DNA of 64,000 nt from Patescibacteria group bacterium (GTDB taxonomy: Bacteria > Patescibacteriota > Minisyncoccia > Phycocordibacterales > PALSA-1337). A model generated the notes under the pieces. The model saw nothing but the letters and a program-made list of their open reading frames with translations, was not told the DNA's origin and ran no database searches. Shown here one piece after another: positions 49,707 to 58,513 of the stretch. The stretch covers positions 9,314 to 73,313 of the forward strand of contig JBBTRA010000003.1 in NCBI GenBank assembly GCA_038065415.1. The letters run 5' to 3'. Within the stretch, counting starts at the first letter, position 1. Every line of letters begins with the position of its first letter. The position numbers and the translations under genes are program-made.

Positions 49707-50186
49707 ATGCAATCCCTCACATCGAACCCACTTCTGCTCGGCTTCATCATCCTCTCCATTGCGACGCTTGCTCTGCTTGGTTTGGTCATATGGATGTATC
49801 TGAAACTCCGTCGCTTTCTCGTCAACATCGACGCCCACCACATCGGCGACTCACTCACCAGCGTTTCAAGTGACCTCAAGGATCTCCAGACCTTCCGCTC
49901 CGAGATGGAAGCGTATCTTGCACTCGTCGAGAAGCGTCTACGCAAGAGCATCCAATCCATCCACACGGTTCGTTTCAATCCATTCAAAGGCACGGGCGGG
50001 GGTAGCAACCAAAGCTTCGCTACTACGCTCCTCACTGAAGATGGTGATGGCGTCATCATATCGAGCCTCTACGCCCGCGATCATGTGAGCGTGTATGGCA
50101 AACCAATTTCCGGACACCAGTCAACCTATGAGCTCTCCGACGAAGAAAACGAATCCCTAGAAACTGCAAAAAAAGCTCTGAAATAA
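49707..50186 (+). CDS. DUF4446-family membrane protein
   Basis: TM plus coiled coil, VRFNPFK..GSNQSFA..GDGVIISSLYARD..VYGKPI..LS.EE. Confidence 0.85.
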   Translation: MQSLTSNPLLLGFIILSIATLALLGLVIWMYLKLRRFLVNIDAHHIGDSLTSVSSDLKDLQTFRSEMEAYLALVEKRLRKSIQSIHTVRFNPFKGTGGGSNQSFATTLLTEDGDGVIISSLYARDHVSVYGKPISGHQSTYELSDEENESLETAKKALK

Positions 50187-50350
50187 GCCTTTTCTTATCC
50201 CCGGAGTGTACTTTACTTTTTTGATATATATGGTATAATAGCGCCAGCATTGGAAGCTCGTTGAAAACGAAGCTCTGAACCAATCTCAACAACTTTAACC
50301 AGCCATTCGGACACCATCCGACTGACACATCCAAAAGAAAGGAGGCGCGT

Positions 50351-51253
50351 ATGAATACGCGTTTCATCGTCGCACTGATCATCACGATCATGCATGTCAT
50401 CAGCGCGCACCGCGTTGAAGCACAACAACCAAGTACGGTGCCGAGCTCCTGTCCCATCTGGCTCCCCTCAGGACCAGGACTTCATCATTGGGTAGCCACG
50501 AATCGACCATTCTACTCTCCCGTGGCGATCTACTATACGACCAAGGCAGGTGGTGATGGCTGGATCCAAAATTCTGGATCTGTCCAAAGCTTCTCCACCT
50601 TGGCGCAGTTCCAGGGATACCTGGCTTCCGAAGGCATGCGCCTCGTAAGCAGCATCAAGACCAACGCAAAGGCTGGATCCTCGATCAGATTCAACACGAC
50701 GATCTATTATGTTAACCTACCGTATGATCTTGGATTGTCGATCAATGTCACCAATGTCTGCACGGTAGAACAAGTCAATTCGAATTCATTCATAGGATTG
50801 CCTGCTCGCTGGGAAGCTGGAATCGTACCGGTAAGCGGCCTGGAAAGATTCACCGTAGAGGTGAGTGATCCACCCTACAGGTACACTTGGACACCCACAT
50901 CTGCCGTAGCATCCCCGGCAGGCATATACCCGCAAGAGCGCACGACCCACGACCTCATCGTACTCAACTCGTGGTACGCGCTGAAATCTGATTCACGCGT
51001 CCGATACACGGTAGAAGCGGGTGGTGTGACCAGCAGCTACACTCAGCTTGGATCTACCATATCACCCCCCGTAGTGAAGATGCTTCCCGGCGCACGTCTC
51101 CAAGTGTCCATGTCTCCCGGAACGGAGACAACCGTCGAAGCAACTCAGGATTTCGTCACCTGGAACAAGGTGGCGACATTCTATGGGACAAGCACGGTCT
51201 TCGACATAGACCGCACAGCACCACACAGGTTCTTCAGAGCCTACTCCAATTAG
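50351..51253 (+). CDS. Secreted hypothetical protein with a VEATQDFVTW..RFFRA C-terminal domain
   Basis: Signal peptide ending VEA|QQ; AGGAGG SD; own promoter and terminator. Confidence 0.75.
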   Translation: MNTRFIVALIITIMHVISAHRVEAQQPSTVPSSCPIWLPSGPGLHHWVATNRPFYSPVAIYYTTKAGGDGWIQNSGSVQSFSTLAQFQGYLASEGMRLVSSIKTNAKAGSSIRFNTTIYYVNLPYDLGLSINVTNVCTVEQVNSNSFIGLPARWEAGIVPVSGLERFTVEVSDPPYRYTWTPTSAVASPAGIYPQERTTHDLIVLNSWYALKSDSRVRYTVEAGGVTSSYTQLGSTISPPVVKMLPGARLQVSMSPGTETTVEATQDFVTWNKVATFYGTSTVFDIDRTAPHRFFRAYSN

Positions 51254-51258
51254 CACAA

Positions 51259-51287
51259 GCCCCGCATCATCCGATGCGGGGCATTTT
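51259..51287. terminator. Terminator between convergent genes
   Basis: GCCCCGCATC-ATCC-GATGCGGGGC-ATTTT. Confidence 0.8.
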
Positions 51288-51311
51288 ACTGTGCTGATTA
51301 GTCTAGATTGT

Positions 51312-53585
51312 TTAGAACTCTTCCAATGTAGAGGACTGAACTGTCAGGACCACGGAGCTCCTCTTCACATCACCAGCCAAATCACAGCTGATTGTGAATA
51401 TATACTGTCCGCTTGGAGTATTCGCAGGAATGGTGGTCGAAATCGCGTTGCTGGTCAAGATAGCGCCGCTATTCGTATTGGTCCAGTCAGTCCAGGTTCC
51501 AGAAGGTGAAAGTGCGCTACATACATATCCTGCTGTAAGACCATTGTTCCAGCGGAGTGCGAACGGCTCAGTCGCTTTTGCCTCATAGGCGGAATACCCT
51601 GCACCGTAGTAGCTTGGCGGAAGGCTCGTAGTACTATCACCGATCAAAAGCTTGAGGTTACCCGCCGAACCAGTGACCGGAACAATGACCGAAGCATTGG
51701 CTGTCCCGCCCGCACCAGTACATGAGACCGAATAGGTCGTCTGAGTAGTCTGAATTTGTCCCTGACCATTATTGCCCGCGGTAGCATTGCCTGTTGAGAA
51801 GTTTGTTCCGGTACATGCAGTTGCATTGGTAGATGACCACGTGATGACCGGTCTAGATCCAGAGGTGACTGATGCTGGAGCTGCAGATATTGCAGCAGTA
51901 GGAGCGGGCGTTGTTCCTCCACATCCAGGACACACAACTCCCCCTCCACCTGATATAGGAGTGAAGTTAAGCCAGCCGATCACTTCACTGCCCCAAGCAA
52001 ACCCTGAGAATGAACCAGCTGGATGAGTACCTACAGTTGCAGGATAATAGGTAACACCAGCATTACCTGAGGTGTCTGGAGATGCGTGATTTGTTCCAGA
52101 AAGATTGATCCACCCATCGAAACCTCCACGATTGTCATATGAAGAAGTTGAACCTCCAGATGAGTTGGCATAATAACCGATACCACCCCAATTCCTACCT
52201 CCTGAGGATGTTGTCGTCCATGTTGCGCCACGATCCCTCGAAATACTTATTGGATCACCGTACTCTGTGACCACTATCTCATTTCCATCATCAGAAACAC
52301 TCACGCCCGTCCACCATGGCGTACCTATAGCGGTCATCGGTGTCCACGTGAGGCCAGCGTTCGTAGAAACATAGACATATCCGCCGGATCTGATTGCAGC
52401 AAGAACCATCCCATCATCTGATGCTGACATACTAGTCCATGTATAACTTGCCGAAGATGCGTTTGCATCTGGAACACCTACCAAATTCTTTATCCTATCA
52501 ATGAATGAGAGTTTTTTTGCAGAATCATCAGCACTCGCGATTCCTGTTCCCGTAGACCACGTGACACCACCATCAGTCGATACTCGCACAGAAAGACTGT
52601 AGACACTTCCAATCATTGCAGCGATCTTCTGTCCGTCATTCGATATTGCTACAGAAGACCAGTTCCCCGATCCTGCCGCAGAACGTGGTGTCCAGGTAAG
52701 TCCCGCATCCGTAGATGTATAGATTGCTCCGCCATATATACCAGAAACTAGGTGAGCTCCGTTGGCAGATACAGCAGCCACTCCATAGGTACCACCCGTT
52801 GATTGGCGAGCCGTCCACGTAGTTCCACCATTTGTCGATACGTATACGCTATCAAAATATTTTGATGTGACAAGTGTCTGATTGTCACTGGAGATGCTCA
52901 TGCGAGAATAATATCCCCCAGGCAATCCGGGTGCAGCTGTCCAGGTAGTTCCACCATCTGTTGTTCTATATATACCCGGACTCGTCCCTCTGTCATATGC
53001 AAAAATCGTCTGTCCGTCACTAGTCGCAGACACCCAATCCCAAAATCTCACACCTGAAGCAGTCTTCTCTACCCATGTCGTACCACCATCTGTAGAAGTC
53101 CATATATTTCCACCGAACACAGACGCAACATACCCCGTAGCCAAAGAACCTCCGGTACTACCACTCGTGACCATCAGTGGATTCTTGACGCTCAGTACTC
53201 TTGCCCAGCCAGTCACTTTACCGGTCGTCATATCAATCGTAGGGTTACAGCCATTGAGTGCTCCTGTTGTGTTCGGACATCCGGCGACATCAGCGGGATT
53301 GAAGCTAATCCAGCCCAAACCTGACTTGATACCTTGAGCATCAACATGACCAGACCACGCATATCCACCGAGCGCACCCAAGCCCCCTGTCGGGGTTGTA
53401 GTACTGATAGTCACGCTGTAGCCGCCGCCTCCTGCACCAACATTGGTGGAGTTGAAACTGACCCATCCTGTATTGGATGACCATGCCCAACCAGTGAGAG
53501 AAGATGTGCCCGCTTGTGCCGAGCCGATCAAGACTCCGAATGCAAGCAAGAAAGCTCCGAGCACAATGGGTATGATTTTTTTCAT
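51312..53585 (-). CDS. Large secreted protein: GWAW-repeat domain with an inserted Asp-box (BNR) beta-propeller and Ig-like tail
   Basis: Signal peptide; GWAWSS..GWVSFN, GYAWS, GFAWGS; seven (S/T)x(D/N)xGxTW-type repeats. Confidence 0.85.
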   Translation of the reverse strand: MKKIIPIVLGAFLLAFGVLIGSAQAGTSSLTGWAWSSNTGWVSFNSTNVGAGGGGYSVTISTTTPTGGLGALGGYAWSGHVDAQGIKSGLGWISFNPADVAGCPNTTGALNGCNPTIDMTTGKVTGWARVLSVKNPLMVTSGSTGGSLATGYVASVFGGNIWTSTDGGTTWVEKTASGVRFWDWVSATSDGQTIFAYDRGTSPGIYRTTDGGTTWTAAPGLPGGYYSRMSISSDNQTLVTSKYFDSVYVSTNGGTTWTARQSTGGTYGVAAVSANGAHLVSGIYGGAIYTSTDAGLTWTPRSAAGSGNWSSVAISNDGQKIAAMIGSVYSLSVRVSTDGGVTWSTGTGIASADDSAKKLSFIDRIKNLVGVPDANASSASYTWTSMSASDDGMVLAAIRSGGYVYVSTNAGLTWTPMTAIGTPWWTGVSVSDDGNEIVVTEYGDPISISRDRGATWTTTSSGGRNWGGIGYYANSSGGSTSSYDNRGGFDGWINLSGTNHASPDTSGNAGVTYYPATVGTHPAGSFSGFAWGSEVIGWLNFTPISGGGGVVCPGCGGTTPAPTAAISAAPASVTSGSRPVITWSSTNATACTGTNFSTGNATAGNNGQGQIQTTQTTYSVSCTGAGGTANASVIVPVTGSAGNLKLLIGDSTTSLPPSYYGAGYSAYEAKATEPFALRWNNGLTAGYVCSALSPSGTWTDWTNTNSGAILTSNAISTTIPANTPSGQYIFTISCDLAGDVKRSSVVLTVQSSTLEEF

Positions 53586-53665
53586 GTAAAGGTAAAAGAG
53601 GTTAGTAATTACCCCATTATTTTACCCCAGTATCAACACCCACGCGAGTACAGCTGGGGACAACC

Positions 53666-55912
53666 TTACTTTGGCCACTCCTCCACTATCAAAAGTGACT
53701 TCCCTTCTCCTATCTCTCCCCAGATCTCTTCCGTCACATACGGTATAAAAGGATGCAATGCTTGTACAATCGTGCGCAGCGCTCGGAGCAAGAACTGAAT
53801 ACGCGAAATCATGACAACACGATCAGTTCCCGCGATGATCGGCTTACTCTCCTCGAGAATAAGGTCCGCAAATTCGTGCCACGCGTAGTGATAGAGCTTC
53901 TCTCCTACCAGATAGAATTTATACTCTTCCATTTCTGTGCTGATTTCAGCTATAAGATCATTCAATTTCTTGAGGTGAGCCGCATCTGCTGGAGTCCAGT
54001 CCTTGAAATCAGCATCAAACGCGATTTTCTCAGCACTAAAGACGGCTTTGTTGGCCTCTCGATCGTATCGCTCTCCTTCTGCGGTCGAAATGACGAATCG
54101 AGTGATATTCCAGAGTTTATTTGAGAAATTTTTGTATCCCTTGACCTTGTCTTCAGACAATTTCATGTCATTGCCCGGACCAGTGCCAATGATAAGCGAA
54201 AGGCGTGTCGCATCTGCACCATATTTGGCGATCATGTCGAGCGGATCAATTATATTGTCCAGCGATTTGGACATTTTCCTACCCTTACCATCACGGACTA
54301 GACCGTGAAGATACACTGTCTTGAACGGCACATCGCCGATGAGACATCCCGTCATGAGCACCATGCGAGCCACCCAGAAGAACAGGATGTCGTAGCCAGT
54401 CTCGAGCACTGCTGTCGGATGGAATACCTTGAGATCCTCGGTCCGATCAGGCCAGCCAAGAGTCGAGAATGTCCAGAGACCTGATGAAAACCATGTGTCG
54501 AGCGTGTCTTCGTCTTGAGTCCACGCCGAGCACGAATCTGCTGATTCGCCTTCACCAGACGGGGCTTCAAGGCCGATTGATATTTCGGCACCTTTGTACC
54601 ATACCGGCACGCGATGCCCATACCAAATCTGACGCGAAATACACCAATCCCTCAGATTATCGATCCAATGATAGTACACTTTCTCAAAACGTTCAGGAAT
54701 GATCTTGATCGCACCCGACTCTACGGCATGCTTCATGATCTCCTTCAACGTCACCTCCTGACCAGATTTTATTCCAGGAATATTTGAGCTCGGTATCTTG
54801 AATGGCTTGTTGACTGCGATAAACCACTGATTCATGATCTGGGGCTCGATGAGTCCGCCGGTGCGTTCTGCCGTAGCGACATTGTGAGTATACTGCTCCT
54901 CCTTGGCAACAAGACCTTTGGCGCGGAGCTTCTCTACGATTTTTGGACGCGCTTCGGAGAGCTTCATTCCCGCAAATTCACCCGCAACCGGCAGAAGCTT
55001 GCCATATGAATCTATGATCTGCTCTTTGTCGAGTTTGTAGCGTTCAGCAATATCAAAGTCCACGTTACTGTGCCATGGTGTAATTGTCATGACGCCAGTA
55101 CCGAACTCCATATCTATGGATGTATCCTTGATAACCGTTGCAGTGATGGGGCCATTGATCCATTCGAGGTCAATCTTCTGGCCATGGGTATACTCCGCAT
55201 ATCGTGCATCATCCGGATGCATAACAACGTATTTATCCCCAAATTTTGTCTCGGGTCGAGCAGTACCGATAGTGAAAGGTCCGTATTTAAAATAATAAAA
55301 TGTCGTCTTCTCTTCTTTGTACACAATCTCGTCATCAGAGATGGTCGTCTGCCCTTTTGGATCCCAGTTCACTATACGATGACCTCGATAGATGAGACCG
55401 AGATCATGCATGGTCTTGAAGGCGGTTCGGACGGCACGGGTCCTCTTGTCATCAAGTGTAAATGCCTCACGAGACCAGTCGATAGATGCCCCCATTTTGC
55501 GGACTTGATTGACGATGGTGTCATGACTCGCTTGCGCAAATGCATCGACACGTTTCAGAAATTCCTCACGGCCCAGATCTTGACGGCGCTTGCCTTCTTT
55601 CTTCTCGATCTCCTTCTCCACTTTGGATTGGGTAGCAATAGCGGCATGGTCAGTACCAGGAAGCCAGAGTGTCTTGAACCCTTGCATGCGCTTGTAACGA
55701 ACCATAATATCCTCGATGGCGAGCATGGCTGCATGACCCATATGAAGGGTACCCGTCACATTGGGTGGTGGCAAAACGATACTGTACGGCTCGCCTTTTT
55801 TGTTGCGCTCAGGCAGAGTGTCCGGATTGAAAAAACCGCTCTTCTCCCAGAGCTCATAGATACGGTCTTCGGTTGCCTGTGGGTCGTAAGGCTTGAGGAA
55901 TTTCTGATTCAT
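53666..55912 (-). CDS. valS: Valine--tRNA ligase (lacks the C-terminal coiled-coil arm)
   Basis: PPPNVTGTLHMGHA, DWCISRQIWYGH, DTWFSS, KMSKS. Confidence 0.98.
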   Translation of the reverse strand: MNQKFLKPYDPQATEDRIYELWEKSGFFNPDTLPERNKKGEPYSIVLPPPNVTGTLHMGHAAMLAIEDIMVRYKRMQGFKTLWLPGTDHAAIATQSKVEKEIEKKEGKRRQDLGREEFLKRVDAFAQASHDTIVNQVRKMGASIDWSREAFTLDDKRTRAVRTAFKTMHDLGLIYRGHRIVNWDPKGQTTISDDEIVYKEEKTTFYYFKYGPFTIGTARPETKFGDKYVVMHPDDARYAEYTHGQKIDLEWINGPITATVIKDTSIDMEFGTGVMTITPWHSNVDFDIAERYKLDKEQIIDSYGKLLPVAGEFAGMKLSEARPKIVEKLRAKGLVAKEEQYTHNVATAERTGGLIEPQIMNQWFIAVNKPFKIPSSNIPGIKSGQEVTLKEIMKHAVESGAIKIIPERFEKVYYHWIDNLRDWCISRQIWYGHRVPVWYKGAEISIGLEAPSGEGESADSCSAWTQDEDTLDTWFSSGLWTFSTLGWPDRTEDLKVFHPTAVLETGYDILFFWVARMVLMTGCLIGDVPFKTVYLHGLVRDGKGRKMSKSLDNIIDPLDMIAKYGADATRLSLIIGTGPGNDMKLSEDKVKGYKNFSNKLWNITRFVISTAEGERYDREANKAVFSAEKIAFDADFKDWTPADAAHLKKLNDLIAEISTEMEEYKFYLVGEKLYHYAWHEFADLILEESKPIIAGTDRVVMISRIQFLLRALRTIVQALHPFIPYVTEEIWGEIGEGKSLLIVEEWPK

Positions 55913-56021
55913 CGCGTATACAAAGGATATGCACACAACTGTAGCAAAAAAATACGGCCCTGTATAATGCATCGACCGTCCGAGCATCCAATTGCTGCCG
56001 CTTGTGGTATAATTTACCGGT

Positions 56022-56654
56022 ATGCCAAAAGCTCCCTCGCGCACCCGCAAAAATACCCGTAAAAACAATAAGCTCCTCTATGAGGTCGCTCTCGGCCTCT
56101 CAGTTGTAGCTGTCGCCGTTGGACTCGGCGTCCAATCGGTGCCTCGCATCATCATGGATGCAGCAGATTCGACTGCCGCAGTCATATCCAGCACACTTGT
56201 GGATCTAGTCAATATTGATAGACAAGCTGCCTCGGTCACACAGCTTCGAGTGAGCCCGATTTTACAGAAAGCTGCTCAAGCAAAAGCAGATGACATGGCT
56301 TCCAGAGGATATTTTGCACACAATAGTCCCGACGGCATCACACCATGGCACTGGCTAGCGCTCGCAGGATATGATTATGCATACGCTGGCGAGAATCTTG
56401 CAGTAGACTTTTTTGATTCGGCTGAAGTTGAGAAGGCCTGGATGAACTCACCTCTCCACCGTGCCAATATCACGAGTGAGACGTTCACTGAGATTGGAAT
56501 TGCAACAGCAACTGGCATATACAACGGCCACGAGACCACCTTTGTGGTGCAGATGTTCGGCAGACCACTCGGAAACTCGGAGGCACTTCTGAGTACTGAG
56601 GATCCTGCCATCATCCTCTCTACCCCTGATTTCATCGCCGCTTCCCGCCAGTAA
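56022..56654 (+). CDS. CAP/SCP-domain protein
   Basis: AQAKADDM..YFAH.SP, AGENLA, WMNSPLHRANI. Confidence 0.92.
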   Translation: MPKAPSRTRKNTRKNNKLLYEVALGLSVVAVAVGLGVQSVPRIIMDAADSTAAVISSTLVDLVNIDRQAASVTQLRVSPILQKAAQAKADDMASRGYFAHNSPDGITPWHWLALAGYDYAYAGENLAVDFFDSAEVEKAWMNSPLHRANITSETFTEIGIATATGIYNGHETTFVVQMFGRPLGNSEALLSTEDPAIILSTPDFIAASRQ

Positions 56655-56680
56655 CATTCCTTCATACTCATAGTGAGCTG

Positions 56681-56710
56681 CAAAAATACCCCATTGCTGG
56701 GGTATTTTTG
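56681..56710. terminator. Bidirectional terminator
   Basis: CAAAAATACCCC-ATTGCT-GGGGTATTTTTG. Confidence 0.85.
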
Positions 56711-56734
56711 TTTGAAAGAGATTCGAACGCGGTA

Positions 56735-56935
56735 TTACACGCGCTTAACGCTCTTTGCGCTTGGGCCCTTGTCGCCCTGGACGACTTCGAAGGTGACTGT
56801 ATCACCCGTGCGAAGCTCATCGAAAGAGACACCCTGGAGATCATTGGAGTGGAAGAAAAGGTCCTTTGCTTCGCCTTCGCGGGCAATGAATCCAAATCCC
56901 TTGTCCGTGATGGTCTTGATTGTTCCTGTCATCAT
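56735..56935 (-). CDS. Cold-shock domain protein
   Basis: KGFGFI, DLFFH, KGPSA. Confidence 0.95.
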   Translation of the reverse strand: MMTGTIKTITDKGFGFIAREGEAKDLFFHSNDLQGVSFDELRTGDTVTFEVVQGDKGPSAKSVKRV

Positions 56936-57049
56936 GTGAGTTTTGACTATTGTTTACTACTATTTCGCAGAAAATCGACGCTTTTCTTTGCTTGGCTATA
57001 GTAGCACGGAAGCGACAGAATAGATATAGCAAGGAGAATCTCACCAAAG

Positions 57050-57121
57050 TAGCCCTACGGGGAATCGAACCCCGATTACTGCCTTGAGAAGGCAATGTCC
57101 TAACCGTTAGACGATAGGGCC
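57050..57121 (-). tRNA. tRNA-Glu (anticodon CTC); CCA not encoded
   Basis: GGCCCTATCGTCTAACGGTTAGGACATTGCC-TTCTCAA-GGCAGTAATCGGGG-TTCGATT-CCCCGTAGGGCTA folds as a cloverleaf. Confidence 0.96.
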
Positions 57122-57145
57122 GTGGATATAGTTATAACCCAGATT

Positions 57146-58447
57146 CTACTTCTTTTCAAGCCATTCTGGCTCCTGGCGTACGAGCAGCTTCTCAGCTTGA
57201 CCTGGGTCACGCATCAGAGCTGTCACTGTACGCTCCATACGAATCGACTGGGAACCTTTGATGAGTAGAACATCGCCCGTCTTCACGAGTGGTTTGAGGT
57301 ATTCGCTTGCTTCAACCGAAGAATCAAATGCGTGTACTTTATCCGCCGCTAAGCCAGCCCTGAGCGCCTCATCAGCTGTTGCGCGTGAACGCTGGCCGAC
57401 TGTAATAAGCATATCGGCAGCTCCTATGACTTCCCTACCAACCTTGCGATGTTCCTCAGTAGAGTATTGTCCGAGCTCCATCATGTCTCCGAGCACTGCG
57501 ACCTTACTACCACTCGTCTCTATACTCTTGAGAGTTTGCAGAGCAGACAGGGTCGCATCAGGAGAAGAATTGTAGGTATCATCGATGATCGTACTGTTAT
57601 TGGCTCCGGAAATAAGATTCATGCGACCCTTTGGAGCATCATACGCATTCAAACCCTTGATGATAGTTTCCACAGAAAGATTTTTTGCAGTGCCAACGGC
57701 AGCTGCCGCAAGAAGCGGGTACATGTATGTCTTGCCGATAATTCCCTTCAAGTAAATCGGCTGGGGGGTGCCATTGATTGTGAGCGTAAATCCAAGCCCC
57801 ACAGGTGCATTCTCAGCATAGGTCACATGATCATCACTTCCCTTCACCGTAGCACCATCGATGGTCCCGAATGAAATGATCTTCGCGTTCTTTTCTTTGA
57901 CCCGCTCTGCGATGCTCATGACTTTGGGATTATCTGCAAAAAGAACGAGTGCTCCACCATTTTTGAGTGCTCCCGCCAAACTCGCCTTCTCCTCGAACAC
58001 TTCTTCCGGAGACGCGAAGAACTCCACATGTACTGGAGTATCACTGACCTGAGTGATCACCACAATATCGGCACGCAACCATTTTGCAACTTTGCTGATA
58101 TCGCCTGGATGATCCGCACCAATCTCGAGTACGAGGGTGTCGGGGTATTCCGCCCTACTCACGATAAGTCTGAAACCTTCGAAAAGATTATTGATCCAAC
58201 CAGAGAGATTCTTCCAGGCATTAGGGACACCGATGACGGTGAGTGGCAAACCGATGTCACTATTCATACTCTTTTCGCTCTTGCGGGCATGCCCGCTCTG
58301 ATCCTTGAGAACACTATAAATAGCATCCTTGGTCGAAGTTTTGCCGACACTACCAGTCACGGCCACGATAAATGGTTTGTATTTAGCGATAATGAGGCGG
58401 GATTCGAGCGTAAGGAGGGCGACCAGGGTTTTCTTGAGGAAATTCAT
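57146..58447 (-). CDS. murF: UDP-MurNAc-tripeptide--D-Ala-D-Ala ligase
   Basis: VTGSVGKTSTK, N.DIGLPLT, IDDTYNSSP, LGDMMELG, KGSQ. Confidence 0.93.
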   Translation of the reverse strand: MNFLKKTLVALLTLESRLIIAKYKPFIVAVTGSVGKTSTKDAIYSVLKDQSGHARKSEKSMNSDIGLPLTVIGVPNAWKNLSGWINNLFEGFRLIVSRAEYPDTLVLEIGADHPGDISKVAKWLRADIVVITQVSDTPVHVEFFASPEEVFEEKASLAGALKNGGALVLFADNPKVMSIAERVKEKNAKIISFGTIDGATVKGSDDHVTYAENAPVGLGFTLTINGTPQPIYLKGIIGKTYMYPLLAAAAVGTAKNLSVETIIKGLNAYDAPKGRMNLISGANNSTIIDDTYNSSPDATLSALQTLKSIETSGSKVAVLGDMMELGQYSTEEHRKVGREVIGAADMLITVGQRSRATADEALRAGLAADKVHAFDSSVEASEYLKPLVKTGDVLLIKGSQSIRMERTVTALMRDPGQAEKLLVRQEPEWLEKK

Positions 58448-58513
58448 AGATGTGGACGTTGCGAATCGGGTAAACCACATTATAGTCGTATTTTGGGCAA
58501 AAAGAAAATCACA

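Noticed and set aside
57030-57121. tRNA-Glu as an integration site
   Set aside because: No integrase and no duplicated tRNA 3' end seen in the window.
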